Source: Chthoniobacteraceae bacterium (GTDB lineage Bacteria; Verrucomicrobiota; Verrucomicrobiia; Chthoniobacterales; Chthoniobacteraceae). Taken from it: a stretch of 64,000 nt of DNA. This document shows, one piece after another, positions 9,691 to 21,653 of the stretch (the stretch's first letter is position 1; every line of letters starts with the position of its first letter). A program made the position numbers and the translations under genes. The notes under the pieces were generated by a model that was not told where the DNA came from, did no database searches, and was given only the letters and a program-made list of their open reading frames with translations. The stretch spans positions 1-64,000 of the forward strand of contig JBBCKI010000063.1 in the NCBI GenBank assembly GCA_037190965.1, given 5' to 3'.

Positions 9691-10557
9691 TTACGGCTTC
9701 ACGCCCACCAGCGAGATCTTCTGCCGCGCGGCCTGTTCGGCGACCCGTTCGCGATCCAGCACCAGCGTGAGCCCTGCCTCCACGGCGATCACGCGGATCT
9801 TCGCCTCCGCCGCGATATCGAGCGTCTTGGGACCGATGACCGGCACATCGAACCGCAAATCCTGGTTCGGTTTGGAGACCTTCACCATCACCGACTCCTT
9901 GCGGCCAAGCTGACCGCCGCGCGCGATGGTGGCGTTCGTCCCGTCAAACCCCTCCACGGCGAGCACCGTGCCGCCCTTGACCACGACCGTCTGGCCGATG
10001 TCCAGGCGGCTTATCTCCTTGGCGATCCCGAACCCGAACTGGACGTCCTCCTCCTCGCGGCGGGAAAGCCGCGGCCCGGCGAAGACTCCATCCCCGGCAA
10101 GATGCTCGTCCATAAAGGTGGTGGCAGGAAGCAGGGTCACGCCCGCCTTGGCGAGTTCATCGCCGATGGCGCCGAAGATCGACTCGGCGTTTCGCTGCCG
10201 CAGCTTGGCGAGAACAAGGAGCGCCTTTACGTCCGGGCGGAGATTGAAAAGATTACTCGGGGCGATCTGCCCGGCCATCATCGCCTGCGTCACCCCGCGC
10301 GATTCGAAGAACTTGATGAGTTTCCCGAGTTGGCCCACGCGCATCCATTCAATTTCCTCTACCTCCCGAGCCAGAGCCGGATCCGTTTCCCCATCGAAGG
10401 CGGCAACGGCAAAGCGGGGAATTCCCGCCGCCCGTGCCGCGCGAACAAGAGCGAAAGGGTAAATACCGCTCCCCGCGACGATTCCGAGGGTGGCGTTCTT
10501 TACCGTGGCCATGGGGGCTGACTGGGTCAATTGAGTTGCTAACTGCGGCAATTTCAT
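9691..10557 (-). CDS. lpxI: UDP-2,3-diacylglucosamine diphosphatase LpxI
   Basis: GIVAGSG.YP, DIGQTVVV, AVEGFDGT and QDLRFDVPVIG motifs; start may be 10512. Confidence 0.9.
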   Translation of the reverse strand: MKLPQLATQLTQSAPMATVKNATLGIVAGSGIYPFALVRAARAAGIPRFAVAAFDGETDPALAREVEEIEWMRVGQLGKLIKFFESRGVTQAMMAGQIAPSNLFNLRPDVKALLVLAKLRQRNAESIFGAIGDELAKAGVTLLPATTFMDEHLAGDGVFAGPRLSRREEEDVQFGFGIAKEISRLDIGQTVVVKGGTVLAVEGFDGTNATIARGGQLGRKESVMVKVSKPNQDLRFDVPVIGPKTLDIAAEAKIRVIAVEAGLTLVLDRERVAEQAARQKISLVGVKP

Positions 10558-10616
10558 CCGAATAAGAGGTCCACCTTATCGGCTCCGCACGAACTTTCCA
10601 AATCGCATTTTCGCCC

Positions 10617-12062
10617 ATGATCATTCACTGGTTTCGCCGCGACCTCCGTCTTACCGACAACACCGCCCTCAATGCCGCCTCGCGCGACTCAGGCGGTCAT
10701 GTGGTTCCTGTGTACATCCAGAGTGACTGGAAAGGATCGCACCGGTGGACGGGCGCGCCGCGCCAGGAATTTCTCTGCGGCTCCCTGCAGGCGCTCGCTA
10801 GCGGGCTGGAAAAGGCAGGGAGCCGTCTCATCGTCCGCAAAGGGAGCGCCATCGAGGAACTGGAGCGCCTGATTGCCGAAACCGGGGCGGAAGCCGTCTA
10901 TTTCAACCGCGACCCCGATCCTTTTGGCCGCGAAGCCGAAAAGCGCCTGGCCGCGCTCGCGAAACGTCTTGGCCTTCGCACGGAAGGCTTCACTGATGTC
11001 ACCGCGCTCCCCCCGGATGCGGTACTCACCGGATCGGGAACACCCTACCGCGTTTTCACCGCCTACTCCAAAGCCTGGCTCCGGGTTCCGACTCCCACTC
11101 CCGATTCCGCGAAGCTGAAGCTCCATGCGCCGCTCTCCGCGCTAAAATCCCACTCCCTGCCAGATCTTTCCGACTGGGAGCTTTCCTCAACGGCAAAAAT
11201 CGTGAAACCGGGCGAACCGGCCGCTCGCCGCCGAATGGAAGCGTTCTTCGCAAGCCCGGTCTATCGTTACCAGTCAATGCGGGACATCCCCTCCGCCGAA
11301 GCGACTTCACGCCTCTCCGCAGATCTCCGCTACGGAACGCTCTCCATCCGGGAGGTGATCCATCGCTGCCGCGTCGCCGCCGGCGAGGCCTCGACGGCTA
11401 AGGAACGTAATAGCGCGCAGATATTTCTAAACGAACTGATCTGGCGCGAGTTCTACATGGCGGTACTCTGGCATTGGCCCGAAGTGCTGGAAGAGGAGTT
11501 CCAATCGCAGTTTCGCGGGCTTCCATGGCTTTATCCCCAACAAAAACCAACCGCCCTTCCGCTCCGGCACTCGGCGGTGCAGCCCGAAGAAGCCTTCCAG
11601 CGGTGGTGCGGAGGGACGACCGGCTTCCCCATCGTCGACGCAGGGATGCGCCAACTTGCCGCCACCGGGTTCATGCACAACCGCGTCAGGATGATCGTCG
11701 CGATGTTCCTCACCAAAGACCTTCACCTCGACTGGCGGCTCGGCGAGCAATATTTCATGCAGATGCTGACCGACGGCGAAATCGCCTCCAACAATGGCGG
11801 CTGGCAATGGAGCGCGGGCACCGGAGCGGACGCCGCCCCGTACTTCCGAATCCAGAACCCGTGGACGCAAACCGCAAAGTTCGACCCCGAAGGCGACTAC
11901 ATCAAAATCTGGATCCCCGAGCTTCGAGACCTGCCCGGAGCCATCTTCAGCAAGCCGCCAAGGCCGGGAATGCGGTTCGCCAGGGGGTATCCTCTCCCCA
12001 TCGTTGATCACGCCCAGGAACGCGCCATCACACTGGAAGTATTCAAAGCTCACGGGGCGTGA
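10617..12062 (+). CDS. phrB: Deoxyribodipyrimidine (CPD) photolyase
   Basis: WFRRDLRL.DN.AL, TSRLS, ELIWREF, TGFPIVDAGMRQL..TGFMHNRVRM and DAAPYFRI. Confidence 0.93.
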   Translation: MIIHWFRRDLRLTDNTALNAASRDSGGHVVPVYIQSDWKGSHRWTGAPRQEFLCGSLQALASGLEKAGSRLIVRKGSAIEELERLIAETGAEAVYFNRDPDPFGREAEKRLAALAKRLGLRTEGFTDVTALPPDAVLTGSGTPYRVFTAYSKAWLRVPTPTPDSAKLKLHAPLSALKSHSLPDLSDWELSSTAKIVKPGEPAARRRMEAFFASPVYRYQSMRDIPSAEATSRLSADLRYGTLSIREVIHRCRVAAGEASTAKERNSAQIFLNELIWREFYMAVLWHWPEVLEEEFQSQFRGLPWLYPQQKPTALPLRHSAVQPEEAFQRWCGGTTGFPIVDAGMRQLAATGFMHNRVRMIVAMFLTKDLHLDWRLGEQYFMQMLTDGEIASNNGGWQWSAGTGADAAPYFRIQNPWTQTAKFDPEGDYIKIWIPELRDLPGAIFSKPPRPGMRFARGYPLPIVDHAQERAITLEVFKAHGA

Positions 12063-12091
12063 TGGAAAGTAACCGGCTCGGAGAACGGCAA

Positions 12092-12236
12092 GGCAGACCG
12101 CTCTCACCGAGAGCGCGGGATTGATTTCCGAATCGCGTTCAACGCCCATCCCCGCAGGACGGGATGCTGGTATGGGATGTGATCTTCGTGAAGTCGAGAA
12201 GTCGATACCCGCGCTCGTCGGCGCGAGCGGGCTACC
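12092..12236. repeat. REPIN-like element: two inverted GTAG-type REP hairpins (copy 1)
   Basis: Ends in CCCGCGCTCGTCGGCGCGAGCGGGCTACC; spacer is similar to the copies at 21431, 26482 and 59438/61490. Confidence 0.8.
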
Positions 12237-12289
12237 GTGCTGCCGCACGTGTTGACACGCTTGGATTCCACGGAAAAATAGCAAGAACT

Positions 12290-12730
12290 TTAACCAGCCT
12301 TGGCAAAACTCGCCCGGTCGTCCGCTTCCAGCCAATCGAAGAGCGTCGTCTCCTTCGGGTCCAGCCCCAGCTTTTTGCATTCCGCGATGAAAAAGTCGCG
12401 TTTCTCCGGATCATCGAACATGGAATACGCCTCGACGGTATCGCTCCAGGCGCGAATTTCCTCGGGCGTTTTGGGAACCCCCTGTTCGTCCACCCACAGG
12501 GCAAGTTGCTCTTCAGTCAGGCCACGTTCCACGGCGTGCTTGAAATCGTCACCCGTGATCCCCTTAAAGGTAAAGAGGATGTTATCGAGCGGACAATCGT
12601 AATGATACTCCCCAGCGGTTCCCGCAAGTTCGGCACGGCATTTATCGATGGTGCGGCGAAGGATGACGTAATCGCGAACGCGGGCCCTCGGGGTGCGGGG
12701 CGGTTCTTTGGAAAGATCTTTGGCTTTCAT
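12290..12730 (-). CDS. DUF5069-like protein
   Basis: DLSKEPPRTPR....YVIL.R.IDK.RA...G..GEY.YDCPLD pattern. Confidence 0.8.
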   Translation of the reverse strand: MKAKDLSKEPPRTPRARVRDYVILRRTIDKCRAELAGTAGEYHYDCPLDNILFTFKGITGDDFKHAVERGLTEEQLALWVDEQGVPKTPEEIRAWSDTVEAYSMFDDPEKRDFFIAECKKLGLDPKETTLFDWLEADDRASFAKAG

Positions 12731-14382
12731 TCAACCCGGTTTCGGGAAGAGCCCGGAGACTGGCCCTGCTCCAGCCCCGCAGGGCGCAGAAACACACGGA
12801 AGACCGGGTTGACCGCAAAAAGCTCAAGCCCCGGAGGCGGCGAGTGCGGTCGTCTATAGAGAAGCGCGCCAAGGGCGTCCTCCGGCGGCGGGCCGGGGAT
12901 CCCGAGGAGCGTGGCGGAGTTCTCCAGCACGCGCTCGGGCGTGTAGACCACCACGCAGCCGACTCTGCGCCGGGCCAGGATCGCGGCGGCTTCCTCCCGA
13001 TCGGTACTCAGATAGAAGCGCGCCGAATCGACGGTACCGGGGAGGCTCTGGTGCGAACTCCCTGCCACGCAGGGCTGCCGCGACCAATACGCGAGAGCGG
13101 GCGATTGCCACCACGGCGCCAGGATGGGAATCCGCTCTCCCTTCGCGGCGGCGAACTCTTTAATGCGCTGGGCCACCTCGAAAAGCGCCAGGTTCTCCCG
13201 GCGCTGCTCCACCCGTTGCGCGAGTTGCACGCGGCCAACCTCGCTCCATCCGAGCCGATCCTCCCACTCTCCCGCCACGGGCCAGAGCCCCAGCACGAAA
13301 AGACCCAGCGCCATCCACCGCTTCGGGAAAGCCGCCAGTTGCAAAGGCAGCGACATGACGAAGATCAGCGCCAGAAAATAACCCCAGCGTACCTGCCAAC
13401 AGGTCAGCGCAAAAACCGCCCCCAGCAGCCCCAGCCAGAACCAGACACACCGCACCTTGTTCCCGGCCCGTCCCTTCAGGGCGGTCAAAGCAAGCAACAA
13501 AGGGGTCAACGGCAGGAAACCGAGGGTCCACCGCAGGAAAACCGGCGACCATGGCGAAAGTCTTTCCAATTCGCCGATGGTGCGCGCCCAATTGGGGAAA
13601 TACTGAATCACCACCGGGTCGGGAATTGGCGAACGCCACCCGTCCACCACCCCCGCCAAAAGCAGGATCGCCGCGAAAACCGCCCACCCGGCCCATCGCT
13701 CGGGGGAGGTCAATGCGCGGGGATTGAGCAACAACACCAGAATCATGGTCACCCCGAGCAGGATCGCCGGTTCATAGAGCGAGACCCAGAGCCCGAGGCC
13801 CCACCCCGCCCCGGCTGCGATCCCCCAACGGCGGGAAGCGCCGCCGCGCGCCAAAAGCATACACTCCGCCCCGAGCGCCACGGCCATGCAGAGGAGAAGG
13901 AGCGATTGATGATCAGGCCGGCCGAGCGCCGTTCCGTGGACCAGAATCGGACTCGTGGCAAAGAGAACCATTGCAGGGATACGGTACGGAAGCTCGAGCC
14001 GGCCCATCCATATCCAGAGAAAAGCAGCCGTCGCCACTCCCAGAAGGACGGAAATCCACGCTCCGGCAAGGTTGACCGGATCCGCAGAGAACGGGCGCAA
14101 CACCAGGGAAAGCAGCGCCGTCAGGTCATCGAAGGGAGCCGTCGTGTGCGGCTGGGTTCCCTCCGGCCAATTCTCAAACTCATGACGGTGGATCACCGTT
14201 CCCGGTTTTTCCAAGATCCTCTCGACGCGCGTCATCCGTGAATAACAGTCCGGATCGACAAAAAATGTCCGGCCCGCCACGAACACATCGGCCATGTTCC
14301 AACAGCGGAGCAACCCCGTGAGCAGCAGCAAAGCGCCCAGCCACAGGAGGTTCTTCGAATTGACTCTCACACCCGCGACCAT
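12727..14382 (-). CDS. STT3/AglB-like GT-C membrane glycosyltransferase (oligosaccharyltransferase-like)
   Basis: Many TM helices; FVDPDCYSRM, GRPDHQ and ILAPWWQSPALAYW motifs; start likely 14370-14382 rather than 14676. Confidence 0.65.
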   Translation of the reverse strand: MVAGVRVNSKNLLWLGALLLLTGLLRCWNMADVFVAGRTFFVDPDCYSRMTRVERILEKPGTVIHRHEFENWPEGTQPHTTAPFDDLTALLSLVLRPFSADPVNLAGAWISVLLGVATAAFLWIWMGRLELPYRIPAMVLFATSPILVHGTALGRPDHQSLLLLCMAVALGAECMLLARGGASRRWGIAAGAGWGLGLWVSLYEPAILLGVTMILVLLLNPRALTSPERWAGWAVFAAILLLAGVVDGWRSPIPDPVVIQYFPNWARTIGELERLSPWSPVFLRWTLGFLPLTPLLLALTALKGRAGNKVRCVWFWLGLLGAVFALTCWQVRWGYFLALIFVMSLPLQLAAFPKRWMALGLFVLGLWPVAGEWEDRLGWSEVGRVQLAQRVEQRRENLALFEVAQRIKEFAAAKGERIPILAPWWQSPALAYWSRQPCVAGSSHQSLPGTVDSARFYLSTDREEAAAILARRRVGCVVVYTPERVLENSATLLGIPGPPPEDALGALLYRRPHSPPPGLELFAVNPVFRVFLRPAGLEQGQSPGSSRNRVE

Positions 14383-14574
14383 TCCAGAATCCGGCCTTGC
14401 TGTCCATTTTCGCGAAATGGTCCGGTAACTTAACGAGGAGGAGCAGCCTGCCATCGAGGCCCCCCCGACCAGCCATAGCAGGGCCTGAAATCCGACAACC
14501 AGGGTTTCGTATTGAAAGCGCAGCCGGCGACCAGCCTTAGCTTTTCCAAGAGTCGTCCTTTCCCCCACCCCGCA

Positions 14575-14622
14575 CCTCAATATCTTGTAGCGGCGACCTC
14601 CCCCGTCCTCAACTCCTTGGGG
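14575..14622. promoter_or_regulatory. Tandem NrdR-box-like sites upstream of gyrB
   Basis: CCTCAATATCTTGTAG (14575-14590) and the weaker CCTCAACTCCTTGGGG (14607-14622), 32 bp apart. Confidence 0.5.
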
Positions 14623-14664
14623 GGGCCGGAAAAAAGGGTTGTGAGCGCCCCCTGAAAGGAGTAG

Positions 14665-17316
<2,652 letters not shown>

Positions 17317-17369
17317 TGCATTCGATCCGGACCTCTTCCCTTCCTGTTAATCCTGTCGCTCCTTAGCCG

Positions 17370-19970
17370 ATGTACACCCAAAACGAAAAAGTAGAGCCGA
17401 TCAACGTAGCCGAGGAGATGTCGAAGTCGTTCCTCGACTATTCGATGTCCGTCATCATTTCCCGCGCTTTGCCTGACGCGCGCGACGGGCTCAAGCCTTC
17501 CCAGCGGCGCATTCTTTACGCCATGAGGGAGCTTTCGCTCTACCCCAACCGGCAGCATCGTAAATGCGCCAAGATTTGCGGCGATACCTCCGGTAACTGG
17601 CACCCGCACGGTGAGGCGGTCATCTACCCCACCCTCGTTCACATGGCCCAGCCGTGGGCGATGCGAGAGCGGCTGGTTGACGGCCAGGGCAACTTCGGCT
17701 CGGTCGAAGGCGATCCTCCCGCCGCCATGCGTTACACCGAGGCCCGCATGACGCACCTCGGCTCCTTCCTGATGGAGGACATGGACAAGGACACCGTCGA
17801 TTTCGTCGCCAACTACGACGAAACCGCCGAGGAACCGACCGTCCTCCCCGCCGCATGGCCGAACCTTCTCGTCAACGGCGGCACCGGCATCGCCGTCGGC
17901 ATGGCGACAAACATGCCTCCGCATAACCTCGGCGAAGTCGTCGACGGCATCTGCGCCCAGATCGACGATCCGGAGATCACCAACGAACAGCTTCGTCAGT
18001 TCGTCAAAGGGCCGGACTTTCCGACCGGCTGTTCGATCTGCGGAACCGCAGGCATCAAGAATTACACCGAAACCGGCCGGGGCAGCATCAAAGTGCGCGG
18101 CAAGGCGGGGGTCGAGGAAATCAAGAACGGCAAGGAACAGATCGTCATCACGGAGATCCCGTACAACGTGAACCGCGCCACGCTGGTTTCGCGCATCGCG
18201 GAGCTGGTGAACGAAAAAATCCTGACCGACATCACCGCGATCCGCGATGAGTCCGACGAGAACACCCGCGTGGTCATCGAGCTCAAGCGCGATGCCAACC
18301 CGCGCGTGGTCATCAACAATCTTTACAAGTACACCGCGCTGGAGTCGTCCTTCTCCGTCACGATGCTCGCCATCGACCACGGCCGGCCGAAGCTCCTCTC
18401 CCTCAAGGAAGCGAACCATGCCTACATCGAGCACCGCCGCGAGGTTGTTCTGCGCCGCACCCGGTTCGAACTGAAAAAGGCCGAAGACCGCGCCGAAACG
18501 CTGGAAGGTTACCTAATCGCGCTGGCGAACATGGATGATTTCATCAGGATCATCCGCGACTCCGCCAACCGCGAAGAAGCCAAAACCCGCCTGATGGCTT
18601 ACGAGTTCGGCCGCCGCACGGTGGAAGGGCTCGGCATCCTGATCCGTAGCGAAGCCCGCCTGAACGAGAGCGGCCTTTATCTCTTCAGCGAACAGCAGAT
18701 CAACGCCATTCTCGAATTGCGCCTCTACCAGCTTACCGGGCTGGAACACGACAAGATCAACACCGAATACCAGGAACTGATCGAGCGGATCAAAGATCTC
18801 CTCGATATTATCGCGCGAGAAGCCCGCGTGTTGCAGATCATTAAGGACGAACTGCGCGCCATCCAGGCCAAGCATGCCACGCCGCGTCTCACGCAGATTG
18901 TCCCCGACGAAGGCGAGATCTCGCTGGAAGACCTGATCACCAACGAAGGGACGATCATCACGATCACCCACAACGGTTTCATCAAACGCACCGCCGTGAG
19001 CGCCTACCGCGCCCAGCGCCGGGGCGGCAAGGGGGTTAAGGGAATGGTCACGCGCGAAGGCGCGACGGAGGCCGACGAGGATGATTTCGTCGAGCATCTC
19101 TTCACTGCCACGACGCATGACTACTTGATGTTCTTCACCCAGACCGGGCGTTGCTACATTGAGCGCGTCTACGAGATCCCGGAAATGGGCCGCGCCTCCA
19201 AGGGCCGCTCCATCGCCAATATTCTGGAACTCCGCAGCGACGAGAAGATCGCCGCCACGATCCGCATTCAGGCCAAGAGCGTCGGCAGCGGCCCGCTCGC
19301 CATCGACAATACGTGGGACGAAGCGCTGCACATCGTGTTCGCCACGCAGTCGGGCATCGTCAAGAAATCGAACCTGGCGGACTTCAAGAACATCCGCAAG
19401 GGTGGGCTCATCGCCATCAAGATTGAGGAGGGAGACCGCCTCATTGACGCCAACCTGACCTCCGGCCAGGACGAGATCGTGCTCATCACCAAACACGGCA
19501 TCAGCCTCCGGTTCAGCGAAGAAGAACTTCGCGATCAGGGACGCGACACCGTGGGCGTCTGGGGCATCCGTCCCGAGAAGGGCGACGTGGTGATCGGCAT
19601 GGCGCTGGTGAACCCAACCTCCCAGCTCCTTGTCGCGGGTGAGAACGGGATCGGCAAGCGGACCCCGTTTGACGATTACCGCACCCAGTCGCGCGGCGGC
19701 AAAGGGATCATCACCATGAAGATGGGCGACAAGACCGGCAAAGTCGTGGGCGCGCTGACCGTCACCGACAATGACGAGATCATGCTCATCACCAATAAGG
19801 GCCAGACGGTCCGCACCCGCGTCAAAGAGATCCGCGAAACCAGCCGCAACACCATGGGCGTCAAGCTGATGGATCTGCGCGAGGGCGAAAAACTGGGCGG
19901 AATCGCCCCGGTCGTCAGCCAGGACGAGGAAGAGGAGACAACGGCTGCCGAGGAAACCGAACAGCAATAG
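17370..19970 (+). CDS. gyrA: DNA gyrase subunit A
   Basis: [18 protein letters not shown] active-site tyrosine, GyrA box QRRGGKG and C-terminal pinwheel repeats. Confidence 0.98.
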   Translation: MYTQNEKVEPINVAEEMSKSFLDYSMSVIISRALPDARDGLKPSQRRILYAMRELSLYPNRQHRKCAKICGDTSGNWHPHGEAVIYPTLVHMAQPWAMRERLVDGQGNFGSVEGDPPAAMRYTEARMTHLGSFLMEDMDKDTVDFVANYDETAEEPTVLPAAWPNLLVNGGTGIAVGMATNMPPHNLGEVVDGICAQIDDPEITNEQLRQFVKGPDFPTGCSICGTAGIKNYTETGRGSIKVRGKAGVEEIKNGKEQIVITEIPYNVNRATLVSRIAELVNEKILTDITAIRDESDENTRVVIELKRDANPRVVINNLYKYTALESSFSVTMLAIDHGRPKLLSLKEANHAYIEHRREVVLRRTRFELKKAEDRAETLEGYLIALANMDDFIRIIRDSANREEAKTRLMAYEFGRRTVEGLGILIRSEARLNESGLYLFSEQQINAILELRLYQLTGLEHDKINTEYQELIERIKDLLDIIAREARVLQIIKDELRAIQAKHATPRLTQIVPDEGEISLEDLITNEGTIITITHNGFIKRTAVSAYRAQRRGGKGVKGMVTREGATEADEDDFVEHLFTATTHDYLMFFTQTGRCYIERVYEIPEMGRASKGRSIANILELRSDEKIAATIRIQAKSVGSGPLAIDNTWDEALHIVFATQSGIVKKSNLADFKNIRKGGLIAIKIEEGDRLIDANLTSGQDEIVLITKHGISLRFSEEELRDQGRDTVGVWGIRPEKGDVVIGMALVNPTSQLLVAGENGIGKRTPFDDYRTQSRGGKGIITMKMGDKTGKVVGALTVTDNDEIMLITNKGQTVRTRVKEIRETSRNTMGVKLMDLREGEKLGGIAPVVSQDEEEETTAAEETEQQ

Positions 19971-19988
19971 CCGGCGAAACAATCTACT

Positions 19989-20026
19989 AAAAACCCTGCC
20001 ATCCTTACCGGATGGCAGGGTTTTTT
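19989..20026. terminator. Intrinsic terminator after gyrA (A- and T-tracts on both sides)
   Basis: AAAAACCCTGCCATCC-TTACC-GGATGGCAGGGTTTTTT. Confidence 0.9.
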
Positions 20027-20129
20027 CTTACACGGACGCAAGGAAAAATACGCAATTTTGCGAAAATGACAGAATGTCAAATAAAATTATTGCTTCTAGA
20101 AAACGTTTCGCTATCTCTTCGCCCTCATT

Positions 20130-20957
20130 ATGAACAACCGATACACATCCCTGCTCGGGAATTTCTTAACCGTGATTTCAGTTGCAGGCCTCTTGCAGAG
20201 CACCGGCCTGGCCGCATCGCTCGAGGTCTACATTTCCGCACCCACCGAACAAGAGACCTACGTTCAGGGCGCACAGACGGAGACCTTTAATTCGCTGACG
20301 TCGGGCACCACGTCGGGAACCTACCAGTCATCGATCGGAACTTACACCTTCACCAACGCGGTAGTCGCGCCGGCCAACCAATACGGTGGAGCCAATAGTT
20401 CGCAGTACATCAATATCGGGGCCCCCACCGATTCGGCGGTTCCCTTCACGCTGAATCTCAATCAGGAAGCCAACTACTTCGGGTTCTGGTGGTCGGCGGG
20501 TGATGACAAAAACGAAATCACCTTTTTCTACGATGACACCGAGCTCGCCAGCTTCAGCACGAAGGACATTCTGACGCTCCTCGGCAATCGCGAGACCGGC
20601 TCGGTAACAGCCGTCAATCAGACGACCTATGAATCCCTGGACTATTTCGGAAATCCCAATCCGCATCCGCTCGACGAAAAGATGGAGCCGTTTGCATACG
20701 TTCACATCTTCAGCATTGGATTGAAGTTCAATAAAATCGTCTTCTCCAACTCAGGCTCGACCGGGACGGGTTTCGAATCCGACAACCACAGCGTCCACAA
20801 CTTCGCCGAAGTGCCGGAACCGGAAGGCAGCACCGTTTTCGTCAAGGAAGTGCCCACCACAGCCGTTCCTGAGCCAAGCACGACCGTGCTGCTCGTCGCG
20901 GCCGGCGGAGCCATGCTCCATCAGCTCGTTCGCCGCCGCAAACAGGCCAAGGCCTGA
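20130..20957 (+). CDS. PEP-CTERM exosortase-dependent surface protein (Npun_F0296-like)
   Basis: Signal peptide; YFGFWWSAGD and GFESDNH; C-terminal VPEPS, TM segment and RRRK. Confidence 0.88.
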   Translation: MNNRYTSLLGNFLTVISVAGLLQSTGLAASLEVYISAPTEQETYVQGAQTETFNSLTSGTTSGTYQSSIGTYTFTNAVVAPANQYGGANSSQYINIGAPTDSAVPFTLNLNQEANYFGFWWSAGDDKNEITFFYDDTELASFSTKDILTLLGNRETGSVTAVNQTTYESLDYFGNPNPHPLDEKMEPFAYVHIFSIGLKFNKIVFSNSGSTGTGFESDNHSVHNFAEVPEPEGSTVFVKEVPTTAVPEPSTTVLLVAAGGAMLHQLVRRRKQAKA

Positions 20958-20979
20958 TTTGAAAGGTAGCTAACTTTAT

Positions 20980-21325
20980 CAGATGACTGCCGCCTGCCTC
21001 TCGACTTCCTCGAGAAAGCAGGCGGCAAGATCTGACAGTCCCCGTTCCAGAGCGCCCCAACCGTGACTCTCGGAAAATCGATGAGAGGCAGATGCTTCAC
21101 CTCCGGGTGAGGCAAGACGCCAAGGATCGTGGCCGTCACGCCAATTCCAAAACCGTTGGCCACGTAACATTCAATCAGGCGCGTCGAATTAACCTCGATG
21201 CCGGGGCGCCATTCGACGCCGAGCTATTCCAAGCCTCGCTGGAAACAAAAGCAGACCGTTTCCCCGGGCGCGAAGGTGATCAATGTCTCTTCGATCGCCT
21301 CGTTCTTCCAAAGATCAGCTCACCG
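20980..21325 (-). pseudogene. Remnant of a LysR-type regulator substrate-binding domain
   Basis: Minus strand reads *ADLWKNEAIEETLITFAPGETVCFCFQRGLE*LGVEWRPGIEVNSTRLIECYVANGFGIGV...FPRVTVGALW, with in-frame stops and no HTH. Confidence 0.6.
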
Positions 21326-21430
21326 GATCGCGGCGTTCATCGTCGTCCCGATCATCGCGATGCTCGCCTCGTTCCTCTACCAACGTTTTCTGGGATCCCA
21401 ATCGGGTGCATGACATGGTGCGGCAGCACC

Positions 21431-21575
21431 GGTAGCCCGCTCGCGCCGTCGAGCGCGGGGCTCGGCTCCCTTAGCTCATGAAGGCCGCATCCCAATACCG
21501 ACAGCCCGTCCTGCAGGGATGGACGCCGAACGCGGCTCCTCACCGATCCCGCGCTCTCGGCGAGAGCGGGTTACC
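21431..21575. repeat. REPIN-like element (copy 2)
   Basis: GGTAGCCCGCTCGCGCCGTCGAGCGCGGG ... CCCGCGCTCTCGGCGAGAGCGGGTTACC. Confidence 0.85.
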
Positions 21576-21653
21576 TTGCCGACCCTTCGAATCTGCGAGG
21601 CAGGATTAGCCGTTGCGGGCGAAAGGTTTTGTCGTAATCTAGGCACTCACATC

